The notes beneath the pieces were generated by a model. The model was not told where the DNA came from, did no database searches, and worked only from the letters and a program-made list of their open reading frames with translations. A stretch of DNA of 64,000 nucleotides, taken from the NCBI RefSeq assembly GCF_003918875.1, contig NW_025767356.1, positions 310,001-374,000 of the forward strand. Reading direction: 5' to 3'. This DNA comes from Haliotis rubra (lineage: Eukaryota). Numbering within the stretch: position 1 is the first letter of the stretch; every line of letters begins with the position of its first letter. Of the stretch, positions 1-11,596 are shown in pieces. The position numbers and the translations under genes are program-made.

Positions 1-680
1 TTGATAACTGTCTGGTGCTACTGCAGTCGGTAAGGGAATGGTCTTATTTGTGATGATTTTCTTAAACTGATATATACTTGACAAAAATAGTTACGGATAT
101 ATGTAAATTTTGAAATTATGAATTATGATCTATTTATTCATTTACACCCTGATAAAATATCAATCATAAAAATACTAATATACCTAACTTATTTTGTCCA
201 GTATATATGCACCATGCTGCTGAATTACAGGTAACGTTTTAGACCGGTGGGTTGTACATGGTACAAGAGTTCATAAAGAAACATTCTATGTGATTCAGGA
301 TCAGGAAACCCAAGCGTTATGCAGTGCGGGTTGAGAGTGCGATATACCACCGTCAACATCCTGATACAGACAAGGGAGGCAACAGAGCTGCTGATGTAAC
401 GGCTATAGATGACATCAACACAGACTCTGCTGCTATCAACCAGGAACAACGTAAAGGAGCAAATGGCGGCGATTATGACACATTGTGCAGGATGTGGTCA
501 ACAGAAGACAATGTAGTTAACCAGAGGTCCGACGTGGCGTCGGTGTACAGCCATTTGTCAGGAATTGACAATCTGGGTGGTTGGACCATCGAAAACCATT
601 ACGACAGCACCGCTGTACCCATGTATGACAGGAGACCTGTTGATAATTTATATGACAGAACACATGTCCCGGATATATAG
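1..680 (+). CDS. CTL-A: 3' end (TM-exon end + cytoplasmic exon) of a type-I receptor, paralog of CTL-C
   Basis: Exon ..1-29 (LITVWCYCSR, donor GTAAGG at 30, phase 2) splices in frame to exon 299-680 (acceptor TGATTCAG): RIRKPKRYAVRVESAIYH...GDYDTL...ASVYSHL...ENHYD...YDRRPVDNLYDRTHVPDI*. This aligns along its whole length with the last exon of CTL-C (25105-25477). The ectodomain lies outside the window. Confidence 0.8.
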
Positions 681-867
681 ACATAGATATACAGTCTTAA
701 TGACGTTTTACAGTTTGAATTCTTGTCCAAATGAAAGTGAGTTATGTGAAACGCCCTGTTGGATACTATTTTATTAATATTCAAAACGGACTTAGCATGG
801 AAATGGACGTTGCAGTATGATGACGAGGGCAGCCATATCCTACACATGTAGAACGAGCCACCAACCA

Positions 868-961
868 GGGCTCTGTTTCACAAAGCTATCGTAGCGCTCC
901 GACTGTCATAAATCTATGTTACAGTATCGTAACGCTACGATAGCTTTGTGAAACAGGGACC
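868..961. mobile_element. ~95-bp palindromic MITE (PIF/Harbinger-like)
   Basis: Inverted repeats GGCTCTGTTTCACAAAGCTATCGTAGCG ... CGCTACGATAGCTTTGTGAAACAGGGAC with CAG on both sides; related element at 38083-38200. Confidence 0.6.
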
Positions 962-2730
962 AGTCGCTCATGCAAGGTAATTGGAAAGCATTACTTTACT
1001 TAGATGAAAGTCTCCAAAGTCACCTGCTTTGCGTTTTCGACCCTTGGCGTGAGATTGTGCAGCAGGAGAATGCCTGACCAAACGCTAGGTGTGTAAACAT
1101 GGATTTCCAACTAAATCGGAACATTATTGTGCTTCTATGATCATCAATTTTGACAGACACAGTGGCTTTCTCCATGTAAAGAATGCTTTTACAGAGAAAT
1201 ATTATTTCAAATATAGACGTAATTATTTTCGCTCCTGCGTTTCTGTTAGGGAGTATATAATTATTGATAAAATATAGGTTGTTTAGTACAGCGCTAGGTA
1301 CAACCAGGGCTAATGGCAGCAATCCGTCTTGTAAGTGTGGGATGGGAGGTCGGTTATGTATTGTACTGATAGAGAGAAGACAGACACTTGGATTCCGTAC
1401 TGTACATATTGATCTGATAACCACCTCGTACATTTCATGAACTTCCGACTGAATCTTATCCCAAGACGTTTAAAGTAATTGTCTTGGTAATGTTTAAGCA
1501 AAAATCCAGCTCAGGCACATAGTTTAGTAAATGTACAACTAGAAAGATTTGGGATATTTGGGAAATCATATTGATTAGTATATATCAGAACAGAACATAT
1601 TATTCTATATATAGTATCTTAATAGAGTTAATTTTATGAGATGGATGTTTATACTGTTTCTCGTTTCTTCTTTTATTCTTTATGGTGTGTGTGGTGTGGT
1701 AATAAAAACGGTTCATTTTAAATACTTACTGTCCAGCATAACAAGGTAGCTGCCTGTAGTACAATGTCTCATTCTCCGTCACTCTGCCTGGAATGACCAG
1801 TGCAATTATTAACATAGAATATTTACCACAAAATGCTAATTGCGAAGGAACGGCACACATCCTATCGGTTAACTCTGTTTCCCTGTTTCCTTATCATAAG
1901 GTCTTAGTACACTGCTTCTGTATCAGACAAGCTCTTTGCTACTGACGGTTCTGTGATACACCTGCTGACTACGGCCTTCTCTCCCTCATCAATATGTGAC
2001 ACGGGCTGTAGGCCTGGGGTTACTTGAGTGCTGGTGAAGTGACATCCATACCGGATGTTCCTAGTGACACATCAGCATCATATATAGGCTGAGAGGAGGA
2101 AACACGTCATGCATCCGCTACCCTTGATATGATATGAGAGAGGAGTTTGGAATTTGGATGTCTCCAATATGTAAACGCTTTCAACATACGCAATCTGTAT
2201 CCATAGCAGATAAACCAAACGGGGGGAAATTGTTATATTTACGCACTGAAAGTTAAAATAGACACACCATTTCAGCATCGATATACCTCCAACGTTACAT
2301 TTACCTTAATAAATACACGCATACAGAAGTTGAACTACAAATATTCAACATCGATAGTCAACGGGAGGTTACTCTAAATTTGACGGTGATGTTATCGTAG
2401 TATGCTACTTATTGCATGTTTCTGTGTTAGACTTATCATCGAAATGTTTCGTACTTGTACAACAGGATGAATAATAAATTTGTTGATTTAGCTAGTGGCT
2501 CAAGCACGGTATTGTTTAAATGACGTTAGGACATTGAAAGCTTGCTTTTCAGAGTAAAGGGAGGTAATGATTGGTCTCAACTATGGAATTGTAGCAGCTT
2601 TAAATATGGTCGTTTAGGATCGATTTCTAAGGGATGATAAGTGTGTTCGATAAAGTTTAAACTTTCTTTTCATCTAATTCGTGTTTTAATATACCCACGG
2701 CGAGCAAATCGTGGCATTGCTGAAGCGTTG

Positions 2731-2902
2731 ACTGACTGATTGACTGAGATTGATTTTACGCCGCTCTTAGCAATATTCCAGCAACATCACGGCGGGGGAC
2801 ACCAGAAATGGGCTTCACACATTGTACCCATGTGGGGATTCGAACACGGGTCTTCGGCGTGACGAGCCAACGCTTTAACCATTAGGCTACCCCACCGCCC
2901 CC
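2731..2902 (-). mobile_element. tRNA-derived SINE, family 1
   Basis: Reverse complement of head GGGGCGGTGGGGTAGCCTAATGGTTAAAGCG (A box), GTTCGAATCC (B box), tail ...GCGGCGTAAAATC and (TCAG)n; AGCGTTGA occurs on both flanks (TSD-like). Confidence 0.85.
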
Positions 2903-3464
2903 TGGAGCGTTGAAAGTGAAACAACCTGTATTAATAAACCCCTGCTAGTCACACAGTCTGTCGCAGTGTGCTGATCATATACACAACAAACACGTGTGTG
3001 AGCTGTCTGGGCCGATACATCACGCAACCACCCAGTCACGCGGGCATTAATGTGCAAATTGTGATGTTCACCATTAAGGTTGGGCAGATGTCTTCATAGA
3101 TATGTGTTGAAAGATATAGTAGTTAAACTCTAAATAATGTAATATTTACTGATTTTAACAAATATATTATAGGTTATTTTCACACATCTCGTCCAGTAAT
3201 CTATATAAACAATCTTCTTTTGACGACCATTTAATAAAATGCAAAAGCATTTTTCTGCTTCATTAATGTGACGGGTGTAATATTGATTACCGTTCAATAA
3301 TCATCTTATCATGAATCATGTGTAACCTTGGGTGTTTCTCAGTACATGTTATCGTTGTGGAAAAAAACGCGCGTGTGTGGTATAAGAATGCAGTGAGTCA
3401 TACCATAATATATCATACTCTCCGTCACAATGTTGTTATGTTAGAGTGTTATTCATTGTGCTAA

Positions 3465-3695
3465 GGCAGTAGGGTAGCCTAATGGATAAAGCGTTCGCTA
3501 CTCACGCTGAAGACCCGGGTTCGATCCCCTACAATGTGTGAAGCCTATTTCTGGAGTCCACGTGTTATTGCTAACATATTGCTGAACGTTGCGTAAATCC
3601 ATACTCAGTCACTCACTCACTGTTAATTGTGTAACCCCGCCGTGATGTTGCTGGAATATTGCTAAAAGCGGCGTAAAACCAACCTCAGTCAGTCA
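3465..3695 (+). mobile_element. tRNA-derived SINE, family 1 (plus a second 3' fragment)
   Basis: A/B boxes (TAGCCTAATGG, GGTTCGATCCC), (ACTC)n tail; a second 3' end at ~3636-3695. Confidence 0.8.
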
Positions 3696-3713
3696 GAGTA
3701 TTTCAAGTTACAG

Positions 3714-3873
3714 TTGTTTTGGATAAGGAGCCCATTGCCTCCCCTGGAAGCCTGACCACGGTTGCAATACTGGTGACTATTATCAGCACGGTCTTCATAA
3801 TCAGTGCTGTAATCACAGCTTTGATATCATACTACTTCGATTTTGTACTGCAATTGGATTTTGTACTGGGAAG
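3714..3873 (+). pseudogene. Orphan transmembrane exon, probably from a decayed receptor gene
   Basis: Acceptor TTACAG, donor AG|GTATCG, phase 1 to phase 2 like every TM exon here. Reads VVLDKEPIASPGSLTTVAILVTIISTVFIISAVITALISYYFDFVLQLDFVLGR and contains an internal duplication (GATTTTGTACTG twice, 18 bp apart). No intact partner exons found. Confidence 0.5.
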
Positions 3874-3944
3874 GTATCGTTAAATTGCTAATGGAATTTC
3901 GATGCTCAGTTAAAAATGTCTTTGTTGTCCAAACCCCTCATCAT

Positions 3945-5472
3945 GTGTATGAGAGATATCGTGCAGCTGTGTATGAGAGATATCGTGCAGCTGTGTATGA
4001 GAGATATTGTGCAGCTGTGTATGAGAGATATCGTGCAGCTGTGTATGAGAGATATCATGCAGCTGTGTATGAGAGATATCGTGCAGCTGTGTATGAGAGA
4101 TATCGTGCAGCTGTGTGTGTATCGTGCAGAGAGATATCGTGCAGCTGTGTATGAGAGATATCATGCAGCTGTGTATGAGAGATATGCATGCATGCAGCAT
4201 GCAGCTGTGTATGAGAGATATCATGCAGCTGTGAATGAGATATCATGCAGCTGTGTATGAGAGATATCGTGCAGCTGTGTATGAGAGATATCATGCAGCT
4301 GTGTATGAGAGATATCATGCAGCTGTGAATGAGAGATATCATGCAGCTGTGTATGAGAGATATCATGCAGCTGTGTATGAGAGATATCATGCAGCTGTGT
4401 ATGAGAGATACCATGCAGCTGTGTATCATGAGAGTATATATCATGCAGCTGTGTATCATGAGAGATATCGTGCAGCTGTGAATGTGATATAATGCACATG
4501 TGTATGAGAGATATCATGCAGCTGTGAATGTGATATCATGCACCTGTGTATGAGAGATATCATGCAGCTGTGAATGAGATATCATGCAGCTGTGTATGAG
4601 AGATATCATGCAGCTGTGTATGAGAGATATCATGCAGCTGTGAATGAGATATCATGCAGCTGTGTATGAGAGATATCATGCAGCTGTGAATGTGATATCA
4701 TGCAGCTGTGTATGAGAGATATCGTGCAGCTGTGTATGAGAGATATCATGCAGCTGTGAGAGATATGATATAGCTGTGTATGAGAGATATCATGCAGCTC
4801 TGAATGAGAGATACCATGCAGCTGTGTATGAGAGATATCATGCAGCTGTGTATGAGAGATATCATGCAGCTGTGTATGAGAGATATCGTGCAGCTGTGTA
4901 TGAGAGATATCATGCAGCTGTGTATGAGATGATATCGAGAGATATCATGCAGCTGTGAATGAGATATCATGCAGCTGTGAATGTGATATCATGCAGCTGT
5001 GAATGTGATACCATGCAGCTGTGTATGAGAGATATCATGCAGCTGTGTATGAGAGATATCATGCAGCTGTGTATGAGAGATATCATGCAGCTGTGTATGA
5101 GAGATATCATGCAGCTGTGTATGAGAGATATCATGCAGCTGTGTATGAGAGATATCATGCACCTGTGTATGAGAGATATCATGCACCTGTGTATGAGAGA
5201 TATCGTGCAACTGTGTATGAGAGATATCATGCAGCTGTGAATGTGATATCATGCAGCTGTGTATGAGATAAATCATGCAGCTCTGAATGAGAGATATCAT
5301 GCAGCTGTGTATGATAGATATCATGTAGCTGTGAATGAGATATATCATGCAGCTCTGAATGAGAGATACCATGCAGCTGTGTATGAGAGATACCATGCAG
5401 CTGTGTATGAGAGATACCATGCAGCTGTGTATGAGAGATACCATGCAGCTGTGTATGAGAGATATCATGCAG
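3945..5472. repeat. 24-bp minisatellite (GTGTATGAGAGATATCATGCAGCT)n, ~60 copies
   Basis: Direct tandem periodicity; 8-aa repeats in the ORF track. Confidence 0.97.
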
Positions 5473-6034
5473 GTGTGGACATAAATACATTGCAGAGACT
5501 TCACGCACTTGAGAGCAGAGTCATCTGGCACCTGTGATTAGATGACTTTGGGATTTTGGGGGTTTGTTTTTTGTCCACCCACTCAGTAATTGTAACTGAC
5601 CCTGTTTTAAAATAGTTAGTGCTATCTTTTAGTAACAAGATGATTTATGCTGAATGTGACCGCAGACAAGTACGGGACCGAGGCTGGCCTTTGGATGTTC
5701 CTGTACTCGGAAGCAAGAACTGCTGAAGCCAGTCTGTTTCTATTGTTATTGCTGCTTGAAGGTCGGATTGTGCACATATATACATGTAACATCTGTTGAG
5801 GGTTTAGTAAATTTGAAAAAATATAACATCGCTGAAATATTTGGTTTTGAGTAACGTATGTTGTGACGTACACGCTCATCTTCTTACCTTACCGAACTAG
5901 CTCTATCAGGCGGGGTGTGAACCGTCATAGCGAGTCATTCAGTTGCGACAGGAAATTGAACCACGTTATAGGTGTGGTATTTCGCGAGTGTTGAGAAGGG
6001 GAAGTAGTGCTTTATTGTGGGAGGGGTGGCTGCA

Positions 6035-9000
6035 ATGTCTCGCTGTAACGTAAACCCTATACCGCTTGTCATGAGGGTACTGATACTCCTGGACGCCAGT
6101 CACATACAGGGTACTGTCAGCCATATTTCATCAGGTGAGTAAACAATACAGTTTTATGTGTTAATAGATTGACACGACTACCTTGTGAAACCGGAGATTA
6201 CATTTCCTCCAAACATTCATGTGTCAATGCACCTATGTTTATGGATATGCTATTCGTGTTGGTTAGTGGATACAAAGGCCATTACCCATCTACGGTATCA
6301 TTAAACGGATGGATCCCAATTCATACTTGTATTGACTACTGGAACTCATTCACAAGAAATACCCAATATGTAGTGTAATTCCTATACTCGTATGCAAGTA
6401 TCATATAGGTAGCTATAACACGAGGGGTTACACAGGGGATGCATTGATTCCACTGAATTTGTGTATTCGCTTTCTTTGTGTTAAGTATGAAGAAATACCA
6501 AACATGGTGTGGTTGTCATTATATATAATTATTGTCATTTCCTGAAACTAAGTAAATGTCATTGTGTCTCTTCCTCAGTTACATTTGAATCGTCCTGTGT
6601 TGCTCTCAATTGGTCGGCAGCAGAGACAGACTGCAGCAAAAAGAACGCCACTATATTCACTTTACTGGATTTAGCTGCACCCATCGGCGGGAAAGTATTA
6701 CTGAACGCCACAGCTGAACATACCAGAATATGGATAGAGATCAATGGTAAACCTGAAACTTAACTTTCATTGTTACAATGAACTACAGGTCTAGAATTCT
6801 GTTTCGTGCGCCACCAGGCTAGAACAGTAACCCTAGTTTGCTGTAAACTGACAGTGATCAACCATTGTTGAAAACGCAACATGTATATGGTTACAAACCA
6901 CCTTTATACATTCACCGAATAGTATATTTAAACCAACAGGTACCACATGCAAGACAGCTTCCAGTGAGTCATTCCTCCCGGCAAGCTGTAGTGACACCAA
7001 CTATTATGTCTGCAAAGGGAACACAAGTACCAGTAAGTATTTTGACAGAGAGAATCCAATCACAATTTACAGGAAATGGTGTGTTTTCATGGCAATGAAT
7101 ATAGTCAGTGCGACATGCTTGTTGAACAGGGAGGGGCTGAAAGTGTTCTTATATTTCAATCTACACTGAACTCACGTATGATGATAACCATGGCATCAAC
7201 TCTCATATCAATTACATACAGTCAGACTCGGCCGATGATATATGCGTTTATATATATAATTAACAACCCGGTTAATTATGGATATACATATGCTAACATC
7301 TACACCTAACCCAGGAGGTACCACCTACATGACAGCTCACAAGTTGTCCTTCCTCCGACGAAACTGTAGTCACACAATATGTAGTGTGACACTTACCCTG
7401 TTGAGAATGTTTTGGTAAACCTTTCACAGCAGGTTTAAGTAACCGTTTGCAAACTTTCACCGAAATTATCTCTATACTATCGGAAGCTCAGGCAGGTTTC
7501 CGAAATATTTATTCAACCAGTGATCACGTATTTACTTTACAAAACTTTCGGATTTTGAAAGCTAACTTCTACAGATGTAGAAATTATTTTGGCGTTTGTA
7601 GATTTTCAAAAACTATTAAAACTAGCATATCCTGAAAGGTTTTGAACGTCATTTATAATATGTACCAGGATAACAAATCAGATGTTTCCTGTAATAACAA
7701 TTAAACACGTTACTTTTCATGTAAATCTTGAGTTAGAAAAGGAGAAAAAACAATTGCCGCCTGTCTTGATTGGGATTTTCTTTAATGATCTCTAAATTTC
7801 TATTTTCTTTTACAGTAAACACAGCTATATAAGAACTAAAGTTAAACAATTTATATTCAAGATATCATTTTAATTCTCTCACGACAATAATTCGTTGAAA
7901 CAACGCCACTATAACTAAGACGCATTTACAATATGAAACTGCTAAACATTCACAGAATACTCACAAAAACTCATTACTGACGTGATCCGACAGCAGACAA
8001 AGCTCTTGTAGGTAACTAGTCAAGGCAGCGGGATATATCTTGTCCATGTCTACACCTCGGTAACGAGACTTTGGTCGAAACGGCACTGTCCAACCACATT
8101 ACAGTGTTTTGCATATAAGGCGAGATAACGACTAAAATGTCTGCAAATGGAACACAGATACCAGATAGGTATTATGACGGAGATATTGTATCACATATTG
8201 CGACATTTAAGCATGGGCTCAAAGCGGTGATGAATCTATGAAAGAATGAGATTTGTGAACTACGTATGAAATAGCCACTGAAAACACACTGAAAACCTAT
8301 GTTTATTCCGTTGGCTAACACAGCTCGATGTGACTAGTGATAAAATCATGTAACTCCCATGACATGCCTTCAGTGGATGCAGCATGATAAATAAGATACG
8401 ACAGAAGGTTCCTATTGTGTGTCATGTTTTATCCTATATTGACAGGTCCTGATCGGTACGTACCATGTCGGGAGGGATCCGCGGACACGTCTACACAAGG
8501 TACAGGCGTTGTACACAGTTGTACTTCTCAAAATACAAATGGTGTTATGTCCGCTATGTGGTATTCACGTTGACAGGCGAAAACGAATATGTTTGGGCGA
8601 TATTGACATACAAAAACAGACTTCCTGGCATGTGCTTCAAATATTGGTAAATGATGACAAATGCAAGGCATGGAAGAACATGTATCGACGATTTCTCTTG
8701 GATCATATTTTACTCACCTTTTCCTTGGCAACTGCAAAATTACCTACCTGTAAATAGTGGGATTTTGTAGTTTTACACACAGCGGTTTACATATCTTTAC
8801 CCGAGTAAGGGGTGTCACAGTATGTTGTGCATACGTGAAGTTGCCTCCCTTGGGCTCTTCCAGCAGCTTTCCGTAGGTTTCTATTACGGAAAGGAAGCGA
8901 AGGTGCGAATGAAAGTCATATGTAGATATTATGGTCATATATCTTTTCTTATTGTCTCCCAGGGCCTTGACTGTGCTACAATATGACAATCACAAAGACA

Positions 9001-10467
9001 GGCATTTGGACGCACCATATTTAGATATTATGGTCATATATCTTTTCATTTGTGTCCCAGGGCCTTGATTGTGCTACAATATGATAATCACAAAGACAGG
9101 CATTTGGACGCACCATAGTTGTTTATACGTTGTTTCAGGATCTTCAGGGTCGACAGCACTGAATTTGTCAACGACAACCCAAGGTTCAAACAGTAAAGGT
9201 ACTATTGATGACTGTAAAACTATCTGATAGTTAATTGTGCGTATGATCATCTTGTCGACCGAGTTTAGGTTTGTACAAAATTGTTTGTGTTATTAAGTTA
9301 TACGGAATTGACAAGGGTTTTACAGTCCCGTACACTCTTTCAAAACACCGTGTAACTAAATATTGTACAATCGACTCTGCTTTTAGCAGATATTTCATAT
9401 GGACGTGGAAAGGGTTTTGTAGCTTCTTTTTACTATTTTAATATTTCGGTGAATGGGTCACACTATGATGTATGTTAAGGAGAACACTATGTATTGACAA
9501 ATCTATGTCACATTGATACAAACGACGGTCAGATTAATCACTGGTTACCGTACACCAGATTTAGACACACTTCTCCAATAAAAGTATCCATAATGAAAGA
9601 ACCTCCTATTGGATAATTCCACTGTATAATAAAATAAGGCAATATTTTTCTGCAAGATGTTTAACACATGCATCGTTTCCCACAATGAATGTGGAAATAT
9701 TTATATTGATCGCATTTTATACGTTGTCTGAGGTTTATCACAAAGTGACTGTTTACACATACCTGTTCAAGAGATCCTTAGTTTGTATTCATGTGTTTCA
9801 GTTACAGTGATCTCTGTTGTCACATGTGGGATACTGGCGCTTGTTGCTGTCACCAGTGGCCTTGGCTGCTACTTCATCCAAAGGTAAGATACCGTAATTA
9901 CTGGATAACACATGTGCGTTATTCTCGGTTGGTGACTAAATTCACAAAAAACAACATTGCTGAGAGCTAAAGTATTGATCCAATTTAATTCGAAATGTCA
10001 TTGAAAGCAAAAGACTAAATAGTGATAACACTTATATGAATACATCACTGATAATCAGTGATAACACCAGGTGTTTGTGAAACCGGCAAGCTGCTATAAG
10101 AAACATTCAAACTGACCAAACTGGTCAGCGTCCTCCTCAAACTCTCCTCCTGGGATGATTTTATGTAAAGATTTGTTACGTGTCAACCTGTGCATCAACC
10201 TGTGCATATCTTAGTGTTGGCTTATTAATTATGTTATCGTCCACCAAATATTTAGATCGTTGCTCATCCTTACATTCTAAAGATTACATTTTCAGGAAAA
10301 AACCAGCACCACTAGGAAATCATCAGGTTGTTGCACGTGAAGGACAAGCTGAAGAGCATTACTTCAGTCATCTAGAAGCTGGAAATGCTTCAGAAACCAA
10401 CAATTATGCTACGCTTCATGACCCTGCAAATATCGGACGGATATCTGCAATCCAGTTGGATGATTGA
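6035..10467 (+). CDS. CTL-B: type-I membrane protein with compact C-type-lectin-like domain (~242 aa)
   Basis: Exons: 6035-6134 (leader); 6579-6746 (ESSCVALNWSAAETDCSKKNAT...IWIEIN); 6940-7032 (GTTCKT...ASCSDTNYYVCK); 8446-8499; 9139-9198 (S/T stalk); 9802-9883 (TM VISVVTCGILALVAVTSGLGCYFI); 10296-10467 (tail HYFSHL, NNYATL). All introns GT-AG, phases consistent, 729 nt open. Confidence 0.8.
7395..7800 (+). mobile_element. Degenerate LINE reverse-transcriptase fragment
   Basis: ILSEAQAGFRNIYSTSDHVFTL matches the non-LTR RT QxGFR...STxD motif; disrupted downstream. Confidence 0.75.
8922..9117. repeat. ~97-bp local tandem duplication in CTL-B intron 4
   Basis: AGATATTATGGTCATATATCTTTTC...GGACGCACCATA occurs twice; single copy in the paralogous CTL-C intron. 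Confidence 0.8.
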
Positions 10468-11596
10468 TAACATGAATCCTGAACATGTACTTGTAACCGT
10501 TGTGACAAAATCCATGGTTACACCAGCTGTGGATGTTATCACAGGATCTGCACATTTCCACTACTCTGTACATCTTAATCAAAATATTTCACCTAATCTC
10601 CTTGATCTCTGTACATCTCAAACTTTACTTCCTTCTCACTCGCCTCCTGTACGTACGTTATATGTTGCTTGTAAATCATATTCTGCCATTCATCCAATGA
10701 AGGGACAAGAAGTGACCCATAAATGTCGTGTTGTAAATCATAAAGACGTTGTAAATCCATACCAACCGTTGTTATGTTACCTTCCAACTTCTAAATACCC
10801 ACGAAGCATCTCACTGCTTTGTTCATTATTAATCACGTGTACATAATTATCATCATCACATCAAAGCTGACCCGTTACTGCAGGGTTACGTCATGTGTGT
10901 GCTTATTGTTATCTTGGTCTGAAGCTTATTCATTAAAATACTACCTTATAACTTCTTGTGATGTATTGTTTAATCAGTGTTTGCAATGTTAGATGGTGTA
11001 ACTCCGTGTCCCCACCTACACGTAATAGCGGGCAACAGAAACAAGGAAGAAGACACTATAATGTGCTAAAACTGACTGAGTGCATGAGTGCAGGTCACAC
11101 TAAGCTTCATATTTATGGATTCCTCTAAATTGCTAAACATTATTTCCTGTTTCAGTTTAATAATACTTTGCACGATGAGGATTAATGCGTAAAGAATAAA
11201 GCATTGTCTGGGTGTTATCATATACGGAAATAACTGCTGCACTGTCGAAAACACTATCTGTGCTCAGCGGGGCTGTGTTTGTAGACTGAGTGTGTATTCA
11301 TGCATGTTAATGGTGAGGAGAACATTGTTTTATTCTACACTTAAATGAGCCATTGCAGATACATTAAATCATCAACTAATGCAAAATGTTGTCTGACAAA
11401 AAGACGTGTTGTAGGTACAGTACGTGTAGGCACGTGTGTATTGTGGCAAATAATATATACTTGACAACCATTTTGAAATAAGAAGATGAAGTGATGAAAC
11501 CCGTTTTGATAATTAAATCACAATTACCCAGCTAACACACTACGGATTCACAACGTTGTAGTGATGTTGTAGTTTACGTTGTGGATTACGTTGTCG

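Noticed and set aside
3843-5537. Many ORFs with AAVYERYH / HTQLHDIS repeats
   Set aside because: By-products of a stop-poor 24-bp repeat open on both strands and broken by indels.
6789-6872. Candidate extra exon GLEFCFVRHQ...INHC in CTL-B/CTL-C
   Set aside because: Needs a 42-nt intron and ends in TGA in both copies; its conservation is explained by the shared duplicated block.
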